A stretch of 64,000 nt of DNA from Methanomicrobiaceae archaeon (GTDB taxonomy: Archaea; Halobacteriota; Methanomicrobia; Methanomicrobiales; Methanomicrobiaceae): NCBI GenBank assembly GCA_029762625.1, contig JARVGI010000003.1:81909-145908 (forward strand), written 5' to 3'. Below are positions 9,345 to 16,923 of the stretch, one piece after another. Below the pieces are notes generated by a model, which saw nothing but the letters and a program-made list of their open reading frames with translations, did not search any database and was not told where the DNA came from. Within the stretch, counting starts at the first letter, position 1, and each line of letters begins with the position of its first letter. Made by a program: the position numbers and the translations under genes.

Positions 9345-11138
9345 ATGATCCGGGACGAGCGGCAGCGTTCATCGGCACCACCGGCGTTCCTGCCCACTAC
9401 GGCCGCCGAGATGGCGGCGCGGGGGTGGAATGCCTGCGATGTGGTCATCGCCACCCCGGACGCCTACGTCGACCACCCTTCCTTTGCCATGGCGCTGCTG
9501 GGCCGATTTCTCCAGCACCACGGCTACCGGGTGGGCATCCTCACCCAGCCCCGGTGGCGGGACCCGCAGTCGTTTCTCGAGCTGGGCGCACCCCGCATCG
9601 CCTTCGTGGTCTCGGGCGGCAATGCGGACTCCATGGTGCTCAACTATACCGCTTCCGGGAAGCCCCGGAAGGAGGACCAGTACTGCGAAGGGGGCAACCC
9701 GTTCTTTTCCCGGCCCGGCGAGGGCAAAAAGTACCGCATCCGCCCTGACCGGGTGGTCACCGTCTATGCCAGCCAGATAGGTTCGGTCTGCCGCGACCGT
9801 CCCCTGATCATCGGCGGCATCGAGGCGTCGCTGCGGCGGATCGCCCACTATGATGCCTGGACCGATACGGTGCGACGGTCGGTGCTCTTCGATGCCAAGG
9901 CCGATCTGCTCGTCTACGGGATGGGGGAGTACCCCCTGCTGGAGGCGGTCCGCGGTTTCGAGAAGGGGTTGTCCGCAGGGGAGATGGCGATCCCCTCCAC
10001 GGCGGTGGCAAGAAGCACCCTCGACGGTCTCGATGACCCGGTGGTGCTGCCATCGTTTGCGGACACAAAAGCGGACAAAGAAGCATTTGCAGAGGCCTTC
10101 TGCAAGTTCTCCCGAAACGGCGACCGGTGCGTGCTCGTCCAGCAGCAGGATTCCCGCTCCCTTGTCCAGTTCCCCCGCCGCACACTCTCGCAGGAGGAGC
10201 TCGATGCCGTCTACGACCTCGCATTCGCCCGGTCGCCCCACCCGCGGTTTCGGGATATCCCGGCGTTCCGCATGATTCGCGACTCGATCACCGCCCACCG
10301 CGGGTGCTTCGGCAGCTGCTCCTTCTGCGCCATCGCCGCCCACCAGGGGCCAGAAATCGTCTCAAGGAGCGAGGAATCAGTGCTGCGGGAGGTGGCGCGG
10401 GTGGTGGCCGCGCCCGGGTTCCGGGGGACCATCACCGATATCGGGGGCCCCTCGGCCAACATGTACGCCGCCACCTGCAAAACCGGTGGATGTGATGCGC
10501 CCGACTGCCTGCGGCAGGGCGAAGCCTGCCCCCATCTGGTGCCGGGGACGGAGGAGTACCTCCGCCTCCTCGATGCTGCTGCGGCGGTGGAGGGGGTGCG
10601 CAGGGTCTTTGTGACCTCGGGGCTGCGCTTCGACCCGGCACTTCTGGACGACGCCACCCTCGAGGCGCTCGTCGAACGGCATATCTCCGGGCAGCTGAAG
10701 GTGGCCCCCGAGTCGGGGAGCGACCGGGTGCTGCGGCTGATGCACAAGCCGCCGGTGGCGGTCTTCGAGGAGTTCCGCCGGCGGTTCGAGAAGTGCACCC
10801 GGCGGTCGGGGCGAAAGACCTGCCTCGTCCCCTACATCATCGTCGGCCACCCCGGCGAGGGCGAGGAGGAGCTTGAGGAGACCCGGCAGTTCCTGGATGC
10901 GCAGGGGCTCGCCGGGCGCCAGTTCCAGATCTTCACTCCCTCCCCCCTCACCCGGGCGACGGCGATGTACTACCTGGGATACGACCCCTGCACCGGCGAG
11001 GAGGTTGCAGTGGAAAAGCGGATGAAGGTGCTTGAAACCCGGAAACAGCGCCTGATAGAGAGGGCCCCCTCGCACTCGAAACGGCGCGGCCCGGCTACCT
11101 CCCGATCAGCCCGGGGAGATCGGCGATCGAATCGATGA
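9345..11138 (+). CDS. YgiQ-family radical SAM protein (UPF0313)
   Basis: The track ORF starts at TTG 9318; the first in-frame ATG is 9345. FLPTTAAEMAARGWNACDVVIATPDAYVDHPSF is the YgiQ N-domain. Radical SAM Cys triad CFGSCSFC. Confidence 0.8.
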   Translation: MIRDERQRSSAPPAFLPTTAAEMAARGWNACDVVIATPDAYVDHPSFAMALLGRFLQHHGYRVGILTQPRWRDPQSFLELGAPRIAFVVSGGNADSMVLNYTASGKPRKEDQYCEGGNPFFSRPGEGKKYRIRPDRVVTVYASQIGSVCRDRPLIIGGIEASLRRIAHYDAWTDTVRRSVLFDAKADLLVYGMGEYPLLEAVRGFEKGLSAGEMAIPSTAVARSTLDGLDDPVVLPSFADTKADKEAFAEAFCKFSRNGDRCVLVQQQDSRSLVQFPRRTLSQEELDAVYDLAFARSPHPRFRDIPAFRMIRDSITAHRGCFGSCSFCAIAAHQGPEIVSRSEESVLREVARVVAAPGFRGTITDIGGPSANMYAATCKTGGCDAPDCLRQGEACPHLVPGTEEYLRLLDAAAAVEGVRRVFVTSGLRFDPALLDDATLEALVERHISGQLKVAPESGSDRVLRLMHKPPVAVFEEFRRRFEKCTRRSGRKTCLVPYIIVGHPGEGEEELEETRQFLDAQGLAGRQFQIFTPSPLTRATAMYYLGYDPCTGEEVAVEKRMKVLETRKQRLIERAPSHSKRRGPATSRSARGDRRSNR

Positions 11139-11871
11139 TCGCGTACGGCCTCACCCCCGCCTCCTCGACCAGATCCTCCCGGTATTTCCCGGTACGGACC
11201 AGGACCCCCCGGATGCCGCATCCCTGCGCCCCGGCGATGTCGGTGTCGATGTCGTCGCCCACCATCAGGGTCCGTCCGGGTGCGGTTCCCAGCGCCTCCA
11301 ATGCCCATGCGAAGAAGGCGGGGGAGGGTTTGCCCACCAGCTCCGCCGTCGTTCCGGTCGCGTATTCGAGGGCGGCGACGAACGGCCCGGCCGAGAGGGA
11401 GAGCCCGTCGGCATCCCTCCAGTAGCGGTCCTTTTCCAGGGCGATGAGCGGGGCACCGTCAAGAATGCTCCGGAATGCCCGGTTGATCGCATGGTAGGTC
11501 ATCCGTTCCCCGGCATCGCCGACCACCACGGCATCGACGGTCTCGATCGCAGACAGAATGCCCGCCGCCTCGAAGTCCTGCCTAACCACGTCCAACACGA
11601 GGAGCATGCAGCGGGTGAGGGAGCGTTCGGCGAGGAGTGCCGCTGCCGCCACCGCGGGGGTGAAGATGTGCGCCTCGGGGATGGCAAGACCCATTGCCTC
11701 AAGCCGGCCCGCGATTGCTCTCCGCGGCTGCCGCGTCGTGTTGGAGATGCAGTGGAAGGGTAGCCCTTCCTCCCTCAGAAAGGCGATTGCGTCAATCGCA
11801 CCCTCGATGGGGCGGCCCCCCACCGAGAGGACGCCGTCGATGTCCAGCAGCACCCCTTGCGTATCGTCCAT
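11095..11871 (-). CDS. HAD-superfamily hydrolase, subfamily IIA (NagD/LHPP-like phosphatase)
   Basis: Start MDDTQGVLLDIDGVL (DxDG motif I) at 11871. ISNTT (motif II). GKP...MVGDDIDTDI (motifs III/IV). Confidence 0.75.
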   Translation of the reverse strand: MDDTQGVLLDIDGVLSVGGRPIEGAIDAIAFLREEGLPFHCISNTTRQPRRAIAGRLEAMGLAIPEAHIFTPAVAAAALLAERSLTRCMLLVLDVVRQDFEAAGILSAIETVDAVVVGDAGERMTYHAINRAFRSILDGAPLIALEKDRYWRDADGLSLSAGPFVAALEYATGTTAELVGKPSPAFFAWALEALGTAPGRTLMVGDDIDTDIAGAQGCGIRGVLVRTGKYREDLVEEAGVRPYAIIDSIADLPGLIGR

Positions 11872-11961
11872 CAGATCACTGCAATGTATCGTTTCTCTGC
11901 CCTTTATTCGTCGCCCCCTCCGCACGACCGCGGCCCTGCAGGCGGATACGGTAAACAGCGT

Positions 11962-12651
11962 TCATTCTCCCTCGCCGGAACATAACCCCGGCGTGGTGCA
12001 TGCGGCATGCACCGCGGTGAGGGCGGTGCGGGCATTCCTCACCACGTGCCGGTCCGGGTCATTCAGCGCGGTTCTGAGCGCTTCCCTCGCAAGCGGTCCC
12101 CCGATCCTGCCGAGCGCATGCGCAGCGCTTCGCCGCACACGGGGATCGGCATCGTTGAGCGCACCGACGAGGGGGCTCGCCGATCGCCGGTCCCCTACCC
12201 TCCCGAGGGTGCGTGCCGCATGCCTTCTCACCTCTCCCTCTTCATCCCGTAGCAGCAGGGCAAGCGGTTCTGCTGCCTCCCCCGCACGGATCCAGCCGAG
12301 CGCATCCGCCGCGGCGATGCGGATCTGCGGATCCGGATGATCGAGGTAATCGATCAGTGCATCGACGTCCGGTTCGGCATTGCAGGCGCAGAGCGCCCGG
12401 GCCGCCTCGGGGACGAACCAGGGGTGTCGGCGGATCGCCTCGTTGAGGGCCTCGATCGCACGCCGGTCCTTCATCTGCCCCATTCCGTGCCCGATGGCAT
12501 CGTGTATATGCCAGTTCTCATGTTCGGCGAGCCGGAGGAGTTCCAGCACAGTGCCGGGATCGTTGATCTCGCCGATGGCGGCCACGGCCCGGCTCCGGAC
12601 CTCCCAGTTGCGGTTCTTCAGGTCGCGAATCAGCATGCTCAGATCATCCAT
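11962..12651 (-). CDS. HEAT-repeat (PBS-lyase type) protein
   Basis: Repeated units ...D.D..VR..AA.ALG.IG..-A...L...L.D (e.g. DPDRHVVRNARTAL, DADPRVRRSAAHALGRIG, EEGEVRRHAARTLGRVG). The start overlaps the upstream PII-like gene by 13 nt. Confidence 0.7.
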   Translation of the reverse strand: MDDLSMLIRDLKNRNWEVRSRAVAAIGEINDPGTVLELLRLAEHENWHIHDAIGHGMGQMKDRRAIEALNEAIRRHPWFVPEAARALCACNAEPDVDALIDYLDHPDPQIRIAAADALGWIRAGEAAEPLALLLRDEEGEVRRHAARTLGRVGDRRSASPLVGALNDADPRVRRSAAHALGRIGGPLAREALRTALNDPDRHVVRNARTALTAVHAACTTPGLCSGEGE

Positions 12652-12968
12652 ACGGCAATCCTCCCCACCTGTTCCATCGCTTCCGGGAAGACGAGGATCT
12701 TGCCATCGCCGTAGTTACCTGTGCAGGCGGCCGCCCGTATGGTCGCAACCGCCTCGCTCACCTCGTCATCGTGAACGGTCGTTTCGATCGTTACCCCGGC
12801 AATCCGGTCGCCCTCGGTTCTCCTGCCCCGGAACGGGGGGAGCCGTACCCTTCCGGGTGGGGTGTTGTGCCCCTCCGCGGATGCCATGGCATGAAATCCC
12901 TTCGCTGCAAGGGCCGTCCTGACCGGATCAAGTTTTTCTGGACGAATGCTTGCCTGGATCTTCTTCAT
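12639..12968 (-). CDS. PII (GlnB/GlnK)-like protein with strongly diverged T-loop (copy 1)
   Basis: MKKIQASIRPEKLDPVRTALAAKGF... and ...TGNYGDGKILVFPEA align with the intact glnK at 15322..15648. The T-loop segment reads SAEGHNTPPGRVRLPPFRGRRTEGDR instead of RGRGAQKGITLRGGK. Confidence 0.6.
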   Translation of the reverse strand: MKKIQASIRPEKLDPVRTALAAKGFHAMASAEGHNTPPGRVRLPPFRGRRTEGDRIAGVTIETTVHDDEVSEAVATIRAAACTGNYGDGKILVFPEAMEQVGRIAVWMI

Positions 12969-13409
12969 CGGTATCACGGTATCCGTTGAGGGACTCCCCC
13001 TGCTGAGCGAGATCGAGTCCCACGTATTCCTCTTCCTCGCTGAACCGCAGCCCCATCACGCGATCCACCACCTTTGCGACGACCAGGGTGACCGCCACGA
13101 AGACCAGCTGGAAGACCATGAAGAGCAGATCAGGGATGCCATCCCCGTCCATGCACCCACCCCGGAAAGCCACACGTAATCGAGACCGCCGATCAGCCCT
13201 CCTACATCAGGCCCAAAGGCCGGGCTGTAGCCGAAGGTAACCCATTGGATGGTGACCACGGAGAAAGCGATGAACGACAGGGCGAGCATCGATATCAGGT
13301 TTTTTCTCCGAACCAGGCCGCCGTAGAACAGGCCCACCCCCGGCGTCATGAGCATGACCATTGCCGTACAAACGAGGAGGAACGCCGTATCCCCTGTGTC
13401 AAGTGCCAT
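12969..13409 (-). pseudogene. amt: Ammonium transporter (amt) remnant: frameshift plus about 260-codon internal deletion plus lost stop
   Basis: From ATG 13409: [79 protein letters not shown] is collinear with the intact Amt (15660..16856). There is a 2-nt insertion near 13152-13160 (48 vs 46 nt between shared flanks). After FMVFQL the sequence jumps to the Amt C-terminus [29 protein letters not shown]. Confidence 0.85.
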
Positions 13410-13480
13410 TGTATCCCATCTCCACGAGGCGGACTTCCCGGCGCGAGGATTGGTGCGTGGGAACCGCCGCGTTGATAGAA

Positions 13481-13512
13481 GGAAGTTATCTTCTATCATT
13501 ATATTATATTTG
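13481..13512 (-). promoter_or_regulatory. Degenerate NrpR-type operator (GGAAGTTATCTTCT) next to a TATA-like ATTATATTATATT, upstream of the amt remnant
   Basis: Same arrangement as the intact amt promoter at 16880..16906, with one mismatch to GGAA-N6-TTCC. It lies 72 nt from the remnant ATG. Confidence 0.3.
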
Positions 13513-13613
13513 CGCCCCTGCTCCTGCGGCCGACACCCCGATGATCCTGCGATCCGGGGAGCAGCGGCCTGTGAAACGAGAGGAAGACGGGGATAAAAAA
13601 ATGATCGGGGCCG

Positions 13614-14942
13614 TCAATACCGGCCCAGGTACTGGTCGACTTCCCATGGGTGAACGGCAGTGCGGAAGGCGTCCCATTCGAGGCGGGCGATGCGGTCAAG
13701 GTCACTTACCACGTGGGTGCCGAGGGCGGCGCAGAGCACCTCGTCGGCAAGAAGGGCGCGGTTGGCGGTCGCAAGGTTCTCGGAAAGCATCCGGATGCCG
13801 GCCGAGACACGCGCCTCTGTCGTCATTTTGAAGATATTGCTGTTGACGCTGGCAGGCGGCTCCATCTCCTGCCGGATTCCGTCCAGCCCCGCGGCGAGGA
13901 CGGCGGCGAAGGTCAGGTAGGGGTTGCAGGTGGGGTCCGGGCTGCGCAGCTCGATGCGGGTGCTTCTGCCCCGCGGCGCGGGCACACGGACGAGGGCGGT
14001 CCTGTTCGAGGCGCTCCAGCTGACATAGACCGGGGCCTCGTAGCCGGGGACCAGACGCTTGTAGGAGTTGATGGTCGGGTTGGCCAGCCGCGTGATGCCC
14101 TGTATGTGGGCCAGCACCCCTGCGATGAACTGCAGTGCTATCTCGGAGAGCTGCAGGGGGGCTTCCGGGTCATAGAAGGCGTTTTCCCCGTCCCTGAACA
14201 GGGAGCAGTTGGTGTGCATGCCGCTGCCGCAGATGCCGTAGATGGGCTTTGCCATGAAGGTGGCGTGCAGCCCGTTCATGAGGGCGATAGTCTTGGTGGC
14301 GAACTTGAAGGTGATCACGTTGTCGGCCGTGGTGAGGGCATCGCCGTACTTGAAGTCGATCTCGTGCTGCGATTCCGCCACCTCGTGGTGGGAGGCCTCG
14401 ATCTCAAACCCCATCTCGGTGAGGGCGAGGATGATGTCCCGGCGGACGTGCTCGGCGAGGTCGGTGGGGGCGAGGTCGAAGTAGCCGCCGGTGTCCTGGA
14501 ACGCAAGGCTCGGCTTCCCGTCGACCATCCGAAAGAGGAAGAATTCCAGCTCCGGGCCGGTGTTGAACTCGTACCCCAGCCGCGCCGCCTCGTTCATGAC
14601 GCATTTGAGGACGTAGCGCGGGTCGCCTTCGAAGGGGTGCCCGTCCGGCCTGTGCACATCGCAGATAAACCGCGCCACCCGTGCCTCCGGCGATGACCAG
14701 GGGAGGATGCTGTAGGTCGAGAGATCGGGCCTGAGGACCATGTCGGATTCCTCGATGCGGGCGAACCCCTCGATGGAGGAGCCGTCAAAGGAGATGCCTT
14801 CGGTGAGCGCTTTTTCTGCCTGTTTCGTTGGGATGGCGACATTTTTTGGCTGGCCTTGTATGTCGGAGAACTGGAGGCGGATGAATTTGGGCCCGTCCGT
14901 CTCGATCCTCTGCAGTGTCCGTGTGATGGGATCGGATTTCAT
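13614..14942 (-). CDS. glnA: Glutamine synthetase type I (copy 1)
   Basis: 442 aa. GS blocks [58 protein letters not shown] and [17 protein letters not shown]. Confidence 0.9.
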   Translation of the reverse strand: MKSDPITRTLQRIETDGPKFIRLQFSDIQGQPKNVAIPTKQAEKALTEGISFDGSSIEGFARIEESDMVLRPDLSTYSILPWSSPEARVARFICDVHRPDGHPFEGDPRYVLKCVMNEAARLGYEFNTGPELEFFLFRMVDGKPSLAFQDTGGYFDLAPTDLAEHVRRDIILALTEMGFEIEASHHEVAESQHEIDFKYGDALTTADNVITFKFATKTIALMNGLHATFMAKPIYGICGSGMHTNCSLFRDGENAFYDPEAPLQLSEIALQFIAGVLAHIQGITRLANPTINSYKRLVPGYEAPVYVSWSASNRTALVRVPAPRGRSTRIELRSPDPTCNPYLTFAAVLAAGLDGIRQEMEPPASVNSNIFKMTTEARVSAGIRMLSENLATANRALLADEVLCAALGTHVVSDLDRIARLEWDAFRTAVHPWEVDQYLGRY

Positions 14943-15275
14943 ACTGGATGATTACTTCATCAAATGAGCATTTAATAGTACTATATCCGGCTGTGGCCCA
15001 GCACCGCAGAAGAGCGCCGGGTCCATGTGCCGCCCGGCTGCGAAACAGCACTCTCGCGCATGTGCCTGTCGAAGACACAGCTGCAGAACAAAGTGCCGGG
15101 GGCCAGAGGGCCATCCCGGCACGTATCAAGAGGAGAGAACCCCATGCCTGGGGAATCTCGGATGTCGTCGTGTCATGCATGGCCGGATTCGGTGGTGTGC
15201 GGACACCACCTCCTCTCTTCAAGGGGGGGCAGCCGGGTGTGCGTCCCGTGCCCCCGCGCATGACCGGTGTGCTCG

Positions 15276-15297
15276 GATGGTTGTTGGAGCAACCATC
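15276..15297 (-). other. Perfect 8-bp hairpin (GATGGTTG-ttggag-CAACCATC) about 25 nt downstream of the glnK stop
   Basis: Seen directly in the sequence. No oligo-T follows, so a terminator role is uncertain. Confidence 0.25.
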
Positions 15298-15321
15298 GTC
15301 ATCGCACCCGCAGTAGGGAGC

Positions 15322-15648
15322 CTATGCTGTCGTGATATTCTCGTCGCGGACTCTCACCGAGAAGTCCACCGGCAGCACAAATATCCTCCCGTCCCCCACC
15401 TTTCCCGTCCATGCGGCCTCCCTGATGATGTGGACGACACTCTCGGCGAAGGTGTCCTCGACGCCGATTTCGAGTTTGAGCTTGGGGAGGAGGTCGATGG
15501 AGACCTTTCCCCCGCGCAGGGTGATGCCCTTCTGTGCACCCCGCCCCCGGATCTCGGTCACGCTCAGGGCGAAGAACCCCTTCTCCACGAGGGCTTCCTT
15601 GACCCTGTCAAACCGCTCAGGGCGGATGTAGGCGATGATCATCTTCAT
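15322..15648 (-). CDS. glnK: PII nitrogen regulatory protein GlnK (copy 2, canonical)
   Basis: MKMIIAYIRPERFDRVKEALVEKGF...TEIRGRGAQKGITLRGGKVSIDLLPK...TGKVGDGRIFVLPV. Located 11 nt downstream of amt. Confidence 0.9.
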   Translation of the reverse strand: MKMIIAYIRPERFDRVKEALVEKGFFALSVTEIRGRGAQKGITLRGGKVSIDLLPKLKLEIGVEDTFAESVVHIIREAAWTGKVGDGRIFVLPVDFSVRVRDENITTA

Positions 15649-15659
15649 TTGCTGTCACC

Positions 15660-16856
15660 TCAGGTAGTTGCCGACTCGCCGTGCAGGGCGAGATCCAGGC
15701 CGACGTATTCTTCCTCTTCGCTCACCCGCAGGCCGATCACTTTGTCCACCACCTTTGCGATGAGGTAGGTCATGCCGAAGGCGTAGCCCATGGCCACGAA
15801 GGCGTCCAGTGCCTGGATGAGGAACTGGTTGACGTTGCCGTAGATCAGGCCGTCCACACCGCCGATTGCGGCGGCGGCGAAGATGCCGGTGGCGAGCGCC
15901 CCCCAGAACCCGCCCACGCCGTGGATTGCCCAGGCGTCCAGGCTCTCGTCGAGCCCGCGGTTCGTCCGGAAGAGGAGGGCACCGTAGCAGATTATGCCGG
16001 CGACGCCGCCGATGGCGATTGCCGCCATGGGGCCGACGAACCCTGCGGCGGGGGTGATGGCCACCAGGCCGGCGATGGCGCCGCTGATCATGCCGATGGA
16101 GGCCGGGGTGCCCTTGATCCAGGCTGCCGCCAGCCAGGCGAGCGCGCCGGTGGCTGCGGCGATGTTGGTCACCACAAAAGCATTGGCCGCCAGCCCGTCA
16201 GCAGCAAGCGCACTGCCGGCGTTGAACGCGAACCAGCCGAACCAGAGCAGGGCACCGCCGAGGAGCGTCATGGGGATGTTGTGCGCCTCCATGCTGTACT
16301 GGCCGAACCCTGCCCGTTTTCCGATGACGAGGGCAAGTGCCAGCGCCCCGAACCCCGAGCTGATGTGCACGACCGTGCCCCCGGCGAAATCGAGCGCCCC
16401 GAGGGATGCAGCCCAGCCGCCGCCCCATGCCCAGTGGGCGAGGGGGTCGTAGACCAGTGTCGTCCACAGGAGCCCGAAGACGATAAACGCGCTCAGTTTT
16501 ATCCGTTCTGCCACCCCGGAGGTGAGGATGGCCAGGGTCAGCCCGGCGAAGGCCAGCTGGAAGACCATGAAGAGCAGGTCGGGTATGCCCTCCCCGTCCA
16601 TGCCCACACCGGCAAGGCCCACGTAGTCGAGGCCGCCGATGAGCCCGGCGATGTCGGGCCCGAAGGCCAGGCTGTAGCCGAAGGTGACCCACTGCAGCGT
16701 GACGATGGAAAAGGCGATGAACGCCAGCGCCAGCATGGAGATGAAGTTCTTGCGGCGGACCAGGCCGCCGTAGAACAGGCCCACGCCCGGCGTCATCAGC
16801 ACCACCATTGCGGTGCAGATCAGTATGAATGCGGTATCACCGCTGTCCAGAACCAT
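15660..16856 (-). CDS. amt: Ammonium transporter Amt
   Basis: 398 aa, multi-TM. Amt signature blocks [43 protein letters not shown] and [16 protein letters not shown]. Confidence 0.92.
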   Translation of the reverse strand: MVLDSGDTAFILICTAMVVLMTPGVGLFYGGLVRRKNFISMLALAFIAFSIVTLQWVTFGYSLAFGPDIAGLIGGLDYVGLAGVGMDGEGIPDLLFMVFQLAFAGLTLAILTSGVAERIKLSAFIVFGLLWTTLVYDPLAHWAWGGGWAASLGALDFAGGTVVHISSGFGALALALVIGKRAGFGQYSMEAHNIPMTLLGGALLWFGWFAFNAGSALAADGLAANAFVVTNIAAATGALAWLAAAWIKGTPASIGMISGAIAGLVAITPAAGFVGPMAAIAIGGVAGIICYGALLFRTNRGLDESLDAWAIHGVGGFWGALATGIFAAAAIGGVDGLIYGNVNQFLIQALDAFVAMGYAFGMTYLIAKVVDKVIGLRVSEEEEYVGLDLALHGESATT

Positions 16857-16879
16857 TCTGTGTCACTCCTTTACTGGAA

Positions 16880-16906
16880 GGAAGTTGTCTTCCACCATAT
16901 ATAAGC
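16880..16906 (-). promoter_or_regulatory. amt-glnK promoter: TATA box (minus strand GCTTATATATGG) immediately followed by a perfect GGAA-N6-TTCC palindrome (NrpR-type operator)
   Basis: Plus strand 16880-16893 is GGAAGTTGTCTTCC, and 16896-16906 is catatataagc. On the minus strand the order is TATA, operator, GGAGTG, then ATG (16856). Confidence 0.55.
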
Positions 16907-16923
16907 ATTGCTCTGCAAAAAAA

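Noticed and set aside
6953-9454. 833-aa minus-strand ORF spanning mrp, the 105-aa ORF and the FMN GltS-like gene
   Set aside because: It is antisense to three plus-strand genes with clear family signatures. Its translation is Ala/Gly/Arg/Asp/Val-rich with no motif, which is typical open antisense frame noise in GC-rich DNA.
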